From Bacteroidales bacterium (GTDB lineage Bacteria > Bacteroidota > Bacteroidia > Bacteroidales > VadinHA17): a stretch of DNA of 25,996 nucleotides. Of this stretch, positions 1-8,289 are shown one piece after another. The notes beneath the pieces are model-generated. The model was not told the origin of the DNA. It saw nothing but the letters and a program-made list of their open reading frames with translations, and did not search any database. The DNA lies in contig JBKHBA010000001.1 of the NCBI GenBank assembly GCA_046542595.1, positions 1 to 25,996 of the forward strand, read 5' to 3'. A program made the translations under genes and the position numbers. The stretch's first letter is position 1, and every line of letters starts with the position of its first letter.

Positions 1-806
1 CGTTTTTCGGCCTCAGTAAGACTGGGCTTCTCTTCATAGGCCTGCACGCCCTCATTACCCATGCTGAACCCTTTGCACCTGGGTATTGTGAAGCGTGAAA
101 CTATAAATGCGCCTGCCGCTCCCAGCATGAGGGTAGACACTATCATAAAATACCAGTTGGCAGTGGCACTTACCTCAATTGCGGGATCTATCTGCTGTAT
201 CACCTCGGTACTTATGCCGGCAAGGAGAACATCAGTTCCGGCAATAAAGAGGTTGGCCGTAAAACCTGCCGTTGCCCCGGCATATCCTGCAATAAGTCCT
301 GCTATAGGATGCAGTCCCATCTGCATGAATATGAGCGCGGCTATCGGGGGAACAACCACTACCCCGGCATCAGAACCTATATTGCCGCATGCACCAATTA
401 TGAATATAACAGGGAGTACCACTTTCCGTGGCACTGCAAAAGCCATGGTTCTTAAAATGATTGTGAGCAGGCCGCTTTTTTCTGCAATGGAGACCCCCAT
501 AAGCATTACCAGTACAAGTCCGAAGGGTGCAAAATGGGCGAAATTGGTCACCATCTCCTGCACAAACCTTCTCAGGCCCTCGCCCGAGATGAGATTCACA
601 GGCTTAACAATATCTCCCGTTCCCGGATCCACAGCACTCAGGCCTGTGAGAGAGGCAATAAAGCTTATTACTATTATAAATCCAATAATCCATACAAAAA
701 GCCAGAAAGGGTGGGGAAGTTTATTACCCATTACTTCTATCCAGCGAAGCAGTCCGCCACCTTTTCCCACTCCCGTTCCTGATGCTGATACACTATCTTT
801 ACTCAT
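1..806 (-). CDS. abgT: AbgT family transporter (p-aminobenzoyl-glutamate transporter family), 5' part; runs off the left edge
   Basis: Not in the ORF track. Reverse complement from ATG at 806 reads MSKDSVSASGTGVGKGGGLLRWIEVMGNKLPHPFWLFVWII...FAPFGLVLVMLMGVSIAEKSGLL... and ends ...LTEAEK at the window edge. GNKLPHP and the hydrophobic segments are typical of AbgT. The + strand ORF 61..828 is its antisense shadow. Confidence 0.9.
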   Translation of the reverse strand, partial: MSKDSVSASGTGVGKGGGLLRWIEVMGNKLPHPFWLFVWIIGFIIVISFIASLTGLSAVDPGTGDIVKPVNLISGEGLRRFVQEMVTNFAHFAPFGLVLVMLMGVSIAEKSGLLTIILRTMAFAVPRKVVLPVIFIIGACGNIGSDAGVVVVPPIAALIFMQMGLHPIAGLIAGYAGATAGFTANLFIAGTDVLLAGISTEVIQQIDPAIEVSATANWYFMIVSTLMLGAAGAFIVSRFTIPRCKGFSMGNEGVQAYEEKPSLTEAEK

Positions 807-835
807 AATAATGTTACCGGTTGGTTAAAGAGTGA

Positions 836-866
836 CAAAAATAGCCAAAAAGGGGAAATTTGCAAT
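836..866 (-). promoter_or_regulatory. Bacteroidota housekeeping-sigma promoter for abgT
   Basis: Minus strand: ATTG (866-863), 19 nt, TATTTTTG (843-836). Consensus is TTTG-N19-21-TAnnTTTG, one mismatch. Lies about 30 nt upstream of the abgT ATG. Confidence 0.65.
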
Positions 867-921
867 TGTTACAGGAAAAAATCAGTTTTCACAGAAACAT
901 ATTTATTATCACCACATAAAA

Positions 922-954
922 CAGCCCGGGCTGCAAAAGACCACCGGCAGCCGG
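922..954. terminator. GC-rich hairpin/palindrome just downstream of the amidohydrolase stop; possible terminator
   Basis: GGCTGC (929-934) pairs with GCAGCC (947-952), extendable with one bulge. A perfect 12-bp palindrome CAGCCCGGGCTG lies at 922-933, followed on the minus strand by TTTT. Confidence 0.3.
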
Positions 955-960
955 CAGTTA

Positions 961-2721
961 TTACTCCTGTTGTTCATATACTATCTTTCCATCCACTACG
1001 GTCATCAGTATATTCATATCAAGGATGTCCTCAGGATTACATTTTATGAGGTTAAGATCGCTAACAGCAATATCGGCCAGCATACCTTCCTTTATCATCC
1101 CCCTTCTGTCATCGTCAAAGGCGGCACAGGCATTATTCACCGTATAGGCTTTGAGTGCTTCATGAACACTGATCTTCTCTTCCGGAAACCAGCCTCCTTC
1201 TGGTTCATGGTTCAGGGTGGTCCGGTTAACGGCTGCATGAATAAGGTTACGGGGATGCATAAGGTATTCGGCAGCCGACGTTCCGGGCCAGTCAGAGCCA
1301 AAGGAAAGTATTGCTCCATTTTCAAGCAGCGACTTAAAAGCATAAGCTCCCCTGCACCGCTCATACCCTATTCTCTCCTCCATCCATCGCATATCGTCAG
1401 AGATATGGTAAGGATTAACTTCTGCTATTACATTCAGCTCACTGAAACGAGGCAGGTCTTCAGGCCTGATAACCTGTGCATGGATAACCCTGAAACCATC
1501 CAGTGCTGACCCTGTATCTTCCATCAGACGCTCATAGGTGTCAAGCATAAGCGAAACACCTTTTGTACCTATGGCATGCACATTGGATACAAAACCGGCC
1601 TCATAACCCTTTTTGATCATATCATACATCTTGTCCATATCGGGCACTGACATATCGGGGTCGTTGCTTGTATGCCTCCTGTAATGACCGTAATTATCCG
1701 GCTGGTCATTATAGGGCTCAAAGAAAAGGGCCCCGTGTGTACCCATTATACCATCAATATATCCTTTCAGTGCACCATACCTGAGGAAGGGATCATCCTC
1801 CCCTGTAAAAGGATGCATGCCCATAGTAAAGCCTTCTTCTGCCAGCTCATCAACACGCGACAGATCGGGTCTTAACCATACCCTGCATGTTAATTCATCA
1901 TTTTTCTGTAACTCGTAAAACCTTTCTGTCTGTGAAGGGACAGCAATATCATGTATCTCCACAATACCTGCCTTCCTGAGAGCCGCAAGTGCCGACCTGT
2001 TTTCATTTAATAAACGTTCATCAGATTTTGGACTGATAACATCCCTTATAATATCAACGGCCCCGGATCCATGGTGAATAAGCCCGGTGGCCCTGCCATC
2101 CTCTCCTGCTTCCATTCCGGGTAACAGTTTCCCGGTAAGACCTGCCTCCTCAAGGGCCTTTGAATTGGCAAGGAACATGGAATAATCGTAATTATTGAGA
2201 AAACATGGATTCTCAGCCGTAAAGGGATCGATAACAGATTTATCAGGTTTCCACCTCCGGTCCTTTTTATCCGTGGCAGTGTTTGCTCCAAGTTCCCACT
2301 CTTCATAAGCACCCCAGAGACCACCACTTATCCATTCACCATCGCCCAGTATGTCAGCCACCCTCTTTATCTCAGCGGCCAGGGCCTCATCATCGCTCAC
2401 GGTCATCAGATTGGCATCATTGATCAGTGATCCTGCCCTGTTGAAATGTACATGGGCATCAATAAATCCGGGTACCACAAACGCCCCTTTAAGGTCAATA
2501 ATACGGGTACTGTCACTTTTCCATTTATCAAAGGAATCGGCAGTGTCGAGAACAGCCCTGATAATATTGTCCCTGATGATAACAGTTGAAGCCCATGGCC
2601 TGAGGCTGTCCATGGTGTAAACTTCGGCGTTATAAAGGATCAGGTCTGCTTTATCATTTTTACAGGAAAAACATAAAAGGGTAATAATAATTACAGGCAA
2701 GAGGATTTTTCTGGTTTTCAT
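961..2721 (-). CDS. Amidohydrolase family 3 (YtcJ-like) metal-dependent hydrolase, lipoprotein
   Basis: Likely start is MKTRKILL at 2721 (the ORF-track start at 2796 adds 25 aa ahead of the signal peptide). Lipobox-like CFSC; PGFIDAHVHF (HxH), VHAIG, IHAQ and GSDWP metal-site motifs; C-terminal GMLADIAV...TVVDGKIVY. Confidence 0.9.
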   Translation of the reverse strand: MKTRKILLPVIIITLLCFSCKNDKADLILYNAEVYTMDSLRPWASTVIIRDNIIRAVLDTADSFDKWKSDSTRIIDLKGAFVVPGFIDAHVHFNRAGSLINDANLMTVSDDEALAAEIKRVADILGDGEWISGGLWGAYEEWELGANTATDKKDRRWKPDKSVIDPFTAENPCFLNNYDYSMFLANSKALEEAGLTGKLLPGMEAGEDGRATGLIHHGSGAVDIIRDVISPKSDERLLNENRSALAALRKAGIVEIHDIAVPSQTERFYELQKNDELTCRVWLRPDLSRVDELAEEGFTMGMHPFTGEDDPFLRYGALKGYIDGIMGTHGALFFEPYNDQPDNYGHYRRHTSNDPDMSVPDMDKMYDMIKKGYEAGFVSNVHAIGTKGVSLMLDTYERLMEDTGSALDGFRVIHAQVIRPEDLPRFSELNVIAEVNPYHISDDMRWMEERIGYERCRGAYAFKSLLENGAILSFGSDWPGTSAAEYLMHPRNLIHAAVNRTTLNHEPEGGWFPEEKISVHEALKAYTVNNACAAFDDDRRGMIKEGMLADIAVSDLNLIKCNPEDILDMNILMTVVDGKIVYEQQE

Positions 2722-2925
2722 CAGTCTGAATATTTTTTGGGTTTCATTATTTCGATCACAAGGTAAATAATGTTTTTGTATTCTGCCAGCCGGCAATACC
2801 CTCTATGATATTTATCGCTTTTTCTCCGCTGTGAAGATTAATTATTTATCATTGCAGGTAAAATGAGATGTATATTATAGCATAACAGTCTCATCAACCA
2901 TGTAAATAAATTTTTAAAATATATA

Positions 2926-3447
2926 ATGATGAAAAGATTATTAATAAGCCTGACAGCTGTATTTTTACTTGTTACGGGCATCAGTGCCCAGGACGGGGAG
3001 AGCACACTTACTGAAGTGGGACAGGTGGCCCCGGCATTCACCTGTACTACAATTGACGGCACTGTTATTAACAGCGAGGAAATGAAAGGGAAGGTAATAT
3101 GGATTAATTTCTTTGCCACCTGGTGCCCACCCTGTAAAAAAGAGTTACCCGTACTTCAGAAGAATGTTATGGAAAAATACAGGGACAGGCCTGATTTTGT
3201 ACTGGTGGTACTGGGACGCGAACATACAATGGAAGAGATGGAGAGATTTGCTGAAAGTACGGGCCTGGACCTGCCCTTTGCACCTGATGAAGAACGTGAG
3301 ATATTCAGCAGGTATGCCAGCCAGTCCATTCCCAGGAATGTAATAATAGGACGGGACGGGAGGATTGCTGTACAGTCCATAGGTTATACCGAAAGTGAAT
3401 TTGCAAAGCTGGAGGAAAAACTGGCCGACCTTATTGATAACAAATAA
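2926..3447 (+). CDS. TlpA/ResA-like thiol-disulfide oxidoreductase, exported
   Basis: Signal peptide ending ISA|Q; APAFTCTTIDG; FFATWCPPC (CxxC); SIPR cis-Pro loop. Confidence 0.92.
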   Translation: MMKRLLISLTAVFLLVTGISAQDGESTLTEVGQVAPAFTCTTIDGTVINSEEMKGKVIWINFFATWCPPCKKELPVLQKNVMEKYRDRPDFVLVVLGREHTMEEMERFAESTGLDLPFAPDEEREIFSRYASQSIPRNVIIGRDGRIAVQSIGYTESEFAKLEEKLADLIDNK

Positions 3448-3630
3448 CACTACCCGTAAAGATAATCCCTGTTCTTGCCGGCACCGTGTTCCGGATCACT
3501 ACTTTTTCGTATCTTTAGCTCATTAATTACCTAAAACCTCAGATATTAATCGAGCATGGACCCAGTAAAGCTGTCTTTTGAAGGATTAAGAATATCCTTC
3601 TTTGCAGCATCTGTGCTAAAAAATTAAGCT

Positions 3631-5112
3631 ATGAAAAATATGATCGTATTTCTGTTTGCATTATTTGTTTTTTACACATCATTTTCACAAAAAACGCCGG
3701 ATAATAATGCTATTTCCGCCATGCATTCCATATCGAGCCACGACCTGCTGGAGTATGTCAGCATACAATGTGATGAGCGCTATGAAGGGCGCCTGACGGG
3801 AACCGACGAATATATGGAGTGTGCTGAATGGCTGGCATCATTCTTTGATGACTGCGGACTTGAACCTGCCGGGGACAATAACAGCTGGTTCCAGTATTTT
3901 GACATAGCCTATACTACAGTGCAGCCCGATTGCGGACTGTCGCTGGAGCTGTCTGCAGGTAAAAACGGTACAGTGGAGAAACATTATGAATATATAACTG
4001 AGTATATGCCCGGATCAACCTCGGGTAAGGGCGTAATAGAAGCAGAAGTAGTATATGCCGGCTACGGCATAACAGCACCTGAACTGGGATATGATGATTA
4101 TAAAGGTATAGATGCAGAGGGCAGGATAATACTCATTGAGCCTGAAGCACCCGTTAACCCTTCGGCAGGGGCTGAAGAATTCAATCCATGGAGGGAGCAC
4201 TCCTTCCACCAGAAAAAATTGCATAATGCCGTTAAACACGGGGCTGCCGGCATGATATATAATTACGGCCCCATAGCCAATCCCAATAACGCATATGTTA
4301 AAGACTTTATCTATGTGCATGTTGGAGATTCCGTTGTCAGGGATATTTTCAGCGGAACCGGCAAAACCCATTCCGAAGTCAAAGGAGAAATAAGGGAAAA
4401 ACTAAAGCCCCGCTCCTTTGCCACCGGTAAAAAAGTAAGCATAAAGATGAGCACCACCCATTATCCTGAGGGAAAAGGAGTGAATATCATAGGTCTGAAG
4501 AAAGGCACAGACCCTGAACTCAGCAAAGAGACCATAATAATAGGTGCCCACCTTGACCATCTTGGGAAATGCTATGAAATAATTCCCGGGGCAAATGATA
4601 ATGCTTCGGCCGTAGCCGTGATGATGGCCGTAGCCAAAGCACTCAATGATTTTGATATAGAGCTGAAAAGGTCAGTCCTTTTCCTGTCTTTCGGAGCTGA
4701 AGAACAGGCTCTGCTGGGTGCAAAGAAATATATTAATGATCCCGTAAGGCCGTTGGAAAGCTCAGTACTGATCAATATGGACGGTGTTGGTGTAGGTGAT
4801 AAAATAGGTATCACAGCAGGAAACGACTTTCCACTGTTATATGAAAGCTTCAAAAAGGGGAATGACAGCTATATACACCGCAGCATGAGACCGAACTCAT
4901 TCTCAAACCTTGGGCGCCCTCGACTCGATGCAGCTATATTCCTCAGTGCAGGAATACCGTCGCTGAGTTTTTACACCTACGGATCAGAGTCATATTACCA
5001 TATACCATGGGATAATATGGACTATATAAAGCCTGAGATTATGGAAGACATGGCGCAGCTGATGCTTCTTTCCATTATTGATCTTGCCGGTACGGATAAA
5101 AATATCAGGTAA
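3631..5112 (+). CDS. M28 family metallopeptidase with PA domain, exported
   Basis: Signal peptide ending SFS|Q; YEGRLTGT; PA insert (VVYAGYGITAPELGYDDY); zinc-site motifs GAHLDH, GANDNAS, GAEE, NMD and YYH all present. Confidence 0.92.
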   Translation: MKNMIVFLFALFVFYTSFSQKTPDNNAISAMHSISSHDLLEYVSIQCDERYEGRLTGTDEYMECAEWLASFFDDCGLEPAGDNNSWFQYFDIAYTTVQPDCGLSLELSAGKNGTVEKHYEYITEYMPGSTSGKGVIEAEVVYAGYGITAPELGYDDYKGIDAEGRIILIEPEAPVNPSAGAEEFNPWREHSFHQKKLHNAVKHGAAGMIYNYGPIANPNNAYVKDFIYVHVGDSVVRDIFSGTGKTHSEVKGEIREKLKPRSFATGKKVSIKMSTTHYPEGKGVNIIGLKKGTDPELSKETIIIGAHLDHLGKCYEIIPGANDNASAVAVMMAVAKALNDFDIELKRSVLFLSFGAEEQALLGAKKYINDPVRPLESSVLINMDGVGVGDKIGITAGNDFPLLYESFKKGNDSYIHRSMRPNSFSNLGRPRLDAAIFLSAGIPSLSFYTYGSESYYHIPWDNMDYIKPEIMEDMAQLMLLSIIDLAGTDKNIR

Positions 5113-5129
5113 TAAAAAAACAGACAGGT

Positions 5130-8100
5130 ATGTTTACCGGGCACAGTATCAGGTATAAGGGATCACTGGCAATACTCATAACTATTGTTCTGCTGGCCGC
5201 TTGCAATAAACAGGACGGTGTAATCAGATATACAAGGGGTGAATGGGATGAAGATACCCTGGGCTATCAAAGGATAGTTATTGAATGCAATACGGATGCT
5301 GATGCTGTATTTCTTGAAGTCCCCTGGCGCCGGCGCGACAGTGAACCATGGAATAAAGCTGTAATAATAACCGACGGGGAAGGGCAGGATGTGGTAAACA
5401 ATAAAATATGCCTTTCATCAGATAACGAAAAGGGACGCTTTGTATTCCAGCCTGTAAAGGGTGCAGGTAAATATTTTATGTATCACCTGCCGGGGAAAAT
5501 GGAGGGCCGCAGCAATTATCCCACCGTTAATTATCCTGCACCTGAACAGACCGCAGATAATGCCTGGCTGAAAATGCACAGGCTTAATGACAGTGCATCA
5601 GTGGCATCATTGCCCGCAGCCAGGGTTACGGCAATACAGTCAAGGAATGAATTCAACTCCTTCTGGCCTATGGAGGTGATAGCCACAGAGGATGAAGTAA
5701 GGGACTTGCTTGATGATAATCCTGATAAGACATACCTGGTTTTTCCCGAAGATCGCAGCCATTCTATAAGGATGAATGACTATTTGCCCCTCAGATGGGT
5801 CAGGGAGGGCCCTTCCGGCATTATTGAAGGGAAGGCATTAAGGGGTGAATTTTTTACATTCCAGCTTGGTCTCTATTGTAAAAAAGAAGGGATTGAAGAT
5901 ATTGATATAAGCTTTTCAGGTCTCAACGCCGGCAGAAACAGGCTTATTATCCCTCCTGACAGTATACATTCATTTAACACGGGGGGTACAGGCTGGAACG
6001 GGCAGCCTTTCAGGAAAAAGGTCACTGTGGCTGAAGGAATGGTACAGCCTCTCTGGTTTGGCTTTCTGATACCGGAAAATACAGAAGCAGGAAAGATAAA
6101 AGGGCATGTAATTATCAAACCTGCAGGACATAAGCCCGAGACACTGAAAATACAGATAAGTATATCTGACAGGCTTATCCATAACCACGGAGATGATGAC
6201 CCGGAGATGATGACGCGCCTCAGGTGGCTTAACTCAAAAATGGCTCTTGATAATGAGATTACTTATCCCTTTATGCCTGTTGAAAAAGAAGACAGATCCC
6301 TTAAAATAACCGGCAGACAGGTAGATATAGGCTCCGGCGGATTGCCTTCAAGATATATCAGCTGGTTCAACCCTTCAAACACTGCGCTGGAGGAAGAAGG
6401 AGAAAATGTTCTGGCTTCCCCCATAACACTGAGTATTTACCGCGCAAACCGATCGAAGATATATTTTGTAAATGAAGAGCCCGTATTTGAGAGAAACGGA
6501 CCGGGTCAGTACAGATGGCAGGCAGTGAGCAGGAGTGCTGCCATGGAGATGAGAACAGAGGGCACTCTTGAATTTGACGGCTTTTCATCACTGAGGATAA
6601 GCATAAAAGCAAATACTGAGATTGAACTTTCCGATATCAGGTTATCCATGCAGCTGAGAAAGAAGTTTGCGGAATATATCATGGGACTGGGAATGCAGGG
6701 AGGCGAAAGACCATATTACCTTAACTGGAAATGGAACAGGATGAAGCACCAGGAGGGAGCATGGATTGGCGGTGTTAACGGGGGCATTCAGTTTGCTCTG
6801 CGCGACGATAATTATGAAAGGCCGCTTAACACTAACTTCTACCGGGAAAAGCCTCTTGTTATGCCTGAAAGCTGGTATAATGAAGGGAAAGGAGGTATAA
6901 ATATCAGCTCCGGAAACAGAACTGCAATGGTAAACTGTTACAGCGGCAGCCGCATAATGAAAGAAGGTGATGAACTTGTTTTCAGGGTAAATCTGCTGTT
7001 CACCCCATTTAAACTGCTTGACACAGATTCACAATGGAATACAAGATTCTGGCACCGTTACGGGAACCTGGACTCCATCCAGGCCCGGGGAGCCAAGGTA
7101 GTGAATGTTCACCATGCCACTGAGATCAACCCATGGATTAATTACCCTTTCCTGGAACAGGAGAAAATGAAGGATTATATTGATAAGGCCCACGACAGGA
7201 ATATGAAAGTTAAAATATACAATACCATACGTGAACTGTCGAACAGGGCACCCGAACTTTTTGCCTTAAGAAGCCTCGGGCATGAGATTATCAGTCCGGG
7301 TCCGGGTAACGGCTTTAACTGGCTGCAGGAACACCTTGTTGACGATTATATTGCAGGCTGGTTTGTGCCGGAATATAAAGATGCTGCCATTATCAATTCA
7401 GGCATGTCCAGGTGGCATAATTATTATGTGGAAGGCATCAACTGGCTGAGTAATAATATGGGCATAGACGGACTGTATCTGGATGATATTGCTTTTGACC
7501 GCACAACAATGAAACGTGTAAGAAAGGTTCTTGACAGGAACAGGGACGATGCAATAATAGACCTTCATTCAGCCAACCAGTATAATGTGCGGGACGGATA
7601 TACAAACAGTGCAAACCTGTATATGGAACATTTTCCCTATGTTGACAGGTTATGGTTCGGTGAATATTTTGATCCCGGTCTGCCACCTGCTTCATGGCTT
7701 GTTGAAATGTCAGGTATACCCTTCGGTATTATGGGTGAGATGCTTCAGGACGGAGGCAACCAGTACCGCGGACTCTTATACGGCATGACATCACGTGCTC
7801 CCTGGTCCGGCGATCCCTCCAATATATGGGAACTCTTCGATGAATTTGATATCACAGGTTCTGTCTTTACAGGCTACTGGTCGGATGACTGCCCGGTATC
7901 AACAGGCTACAGGCAAGCCCCTGCCACTGTCTACTTAAAGGAAAAAAGAATGCTGGTGGCCATTGCCAGCTGGTATGATGAGCATAAAGAACTCTGGCTT
8001 AATATTGACTGGAACAGGGCAGGGATAGACAAAAACAAAGCTGTTATCAGTGCTCCCTTTATCAGGGATTTCCAGGAGGAGCAAAGTTTCAGCCTATGGG

Positions 8101-8177
8101 ACAGGATACCTGTTGATCCCGGAAAAGGAATAGTGCTTATCATAGAGGAAAAAGAACAGGACACTACAGCCGGATAA
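5130..8177 (+). CDS. DUF6067 / GH123-N-like putative glycoside hydrolase, about 1000-aa lipoprotein
   Basis: Lipobox LAAC. Beta-rich N-terminal and middle regions, then a barrel-like region with VNVHHATEINPWINYPF, VKIYNTIRELSN and GIDGLYLDD, recognised from memory as the DUF6067 family. Substrate unknown. Confidence 0.65.
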   Translation: MFTGHSIRYKGSLAILITIVLLAACNKQDGVIRYTRGEWDEDTLGYQRIVIECNTDADAVFLEVPWRRRDSEPWNKAVIITDGEGQDVVNNKICLSSDNEKGRFVFQPVKGAGKYFMYHLPGKMEGRSNYPTVNYPAPEQTADNAWLKMHRLNDSASVASLPAARVTAIQSRNEFNSFWPMEVIATEDEVRDLLDDNPDKTYLVFPEDRSHSIRMNDYLPLRWVREGPSGIIEGKALRGEFFTFQLGLYCKKEGIEDIDISFSGLNAGRNRLIIPPDSIHSFNTGGTGWNGQPFRKKVTVAEGMVQPLWFGFLIPENTEAGKIKGHVIIKPAGHKPETLKIQISISDRLIHNHGDDDPEMMTRLRWLNSKMALDNEITYPFMPVEKEDRSLKITGRQVDIGSGGLPSRYISWFNPSNTALEEEGENVLASPITLSIYRANRSKIYFVNEEPVFERNGPGQYRWQAVSRSAAMEMRTEGTLEFDGFSSLRISIKANTEIELSDIRLSMQLRKKFAEYIMGLGMQGGERPYYLNWKWNRMKHQEGAWIGGVNGGIQFALRDDNYERPLNTNFYREKPLVMPESWYNEGKGGINISSGNRTAMVNCYSGSRIMKEGDELVFRVNLLFTPFKLLDTDSQWNTRFWHRYGNLDSIQARGAKVVNVHHATEINPWINYPFLEQEKMKDYIDKAHDRNMKVKIYNTIRELSNRAPELFALRSLGHEIISPGPGNGFNWLQEHLVDDYIAGWFVPEYKDAAIINSGMSRWHNYYVEGINWLSNNMGIDGLYLDDIAFDRTTMKRVRKVLDRNRDDAIIDLHSANQYNVRDGYTNSANLYMEHFPYVDRLWFGEYFDPGLPPASWLVEMSGIPFGIMGEMLQDGGNQYRGLLYGMTSRAPWSGDPSNIWELFDEFDITGSVFTGYWSDDCPVSTGYRQAPATVYLKEKRMLVAIASWYDEHKELWLNIDWNRAGIDKNKAVISAPFIRDFQEEQSFSLWDRIPVDPGKGIVLIIEEKEQDTTAG

Positions 8178-8178
8178 G

Positions 8179-8214
8179 AAAAAAGGGTGGACCCGCCGAA
8201 GCGGGACTCACCCC
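8179..8214 (-). terminator. Rho-independent terminator for the minus-strand NSS transporter transcript
   Basis: Minus strand GGGGTG-AGT-CCCGC-TTCG-GCGGG-TC-CACCC-TTTTTT: C(UUCG)G tetraloop, 5+5 bp GC stems and a 6-U tract. Confidence 0.8.
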
Positions 8215-8289
8215 TGTCCATGATAACACCAGAACCTGACATGAACACATCAAAGACTGGTGCTTATTGTTTTATGCTGCATGAGAGGC

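Noticed and set aside
61-1509. Long + strand ORFs 61..828 (255 aa) and 832..1509 (225 aa)
   Set aside because: Antisense shadows of abgT and the amidohydrolase; no recognisable motifs. The same applies to the other short ORFs nested in or opposite the called genes.
3510-3517. Recurrent TATCTTTA boxes (3510-3517 on +; 12240-12247 and 18882-18889 on -) as -7 elements
   Set aside because: Plausible variants upstream of the M28, AKR and sensor genes, but each misses the final G and lacks a correctly spaced -33 TTTG, so they are not called.
3556-3627. 23-codon uORF before the M28 gene with an internal GAAGGAT/ATCCTTC hairpin; similar 25-codon ORF at 12292-12369
   Set aside because: No amino-acid bias typical of attenuator peptides and no terminator; the length is expected by chance.
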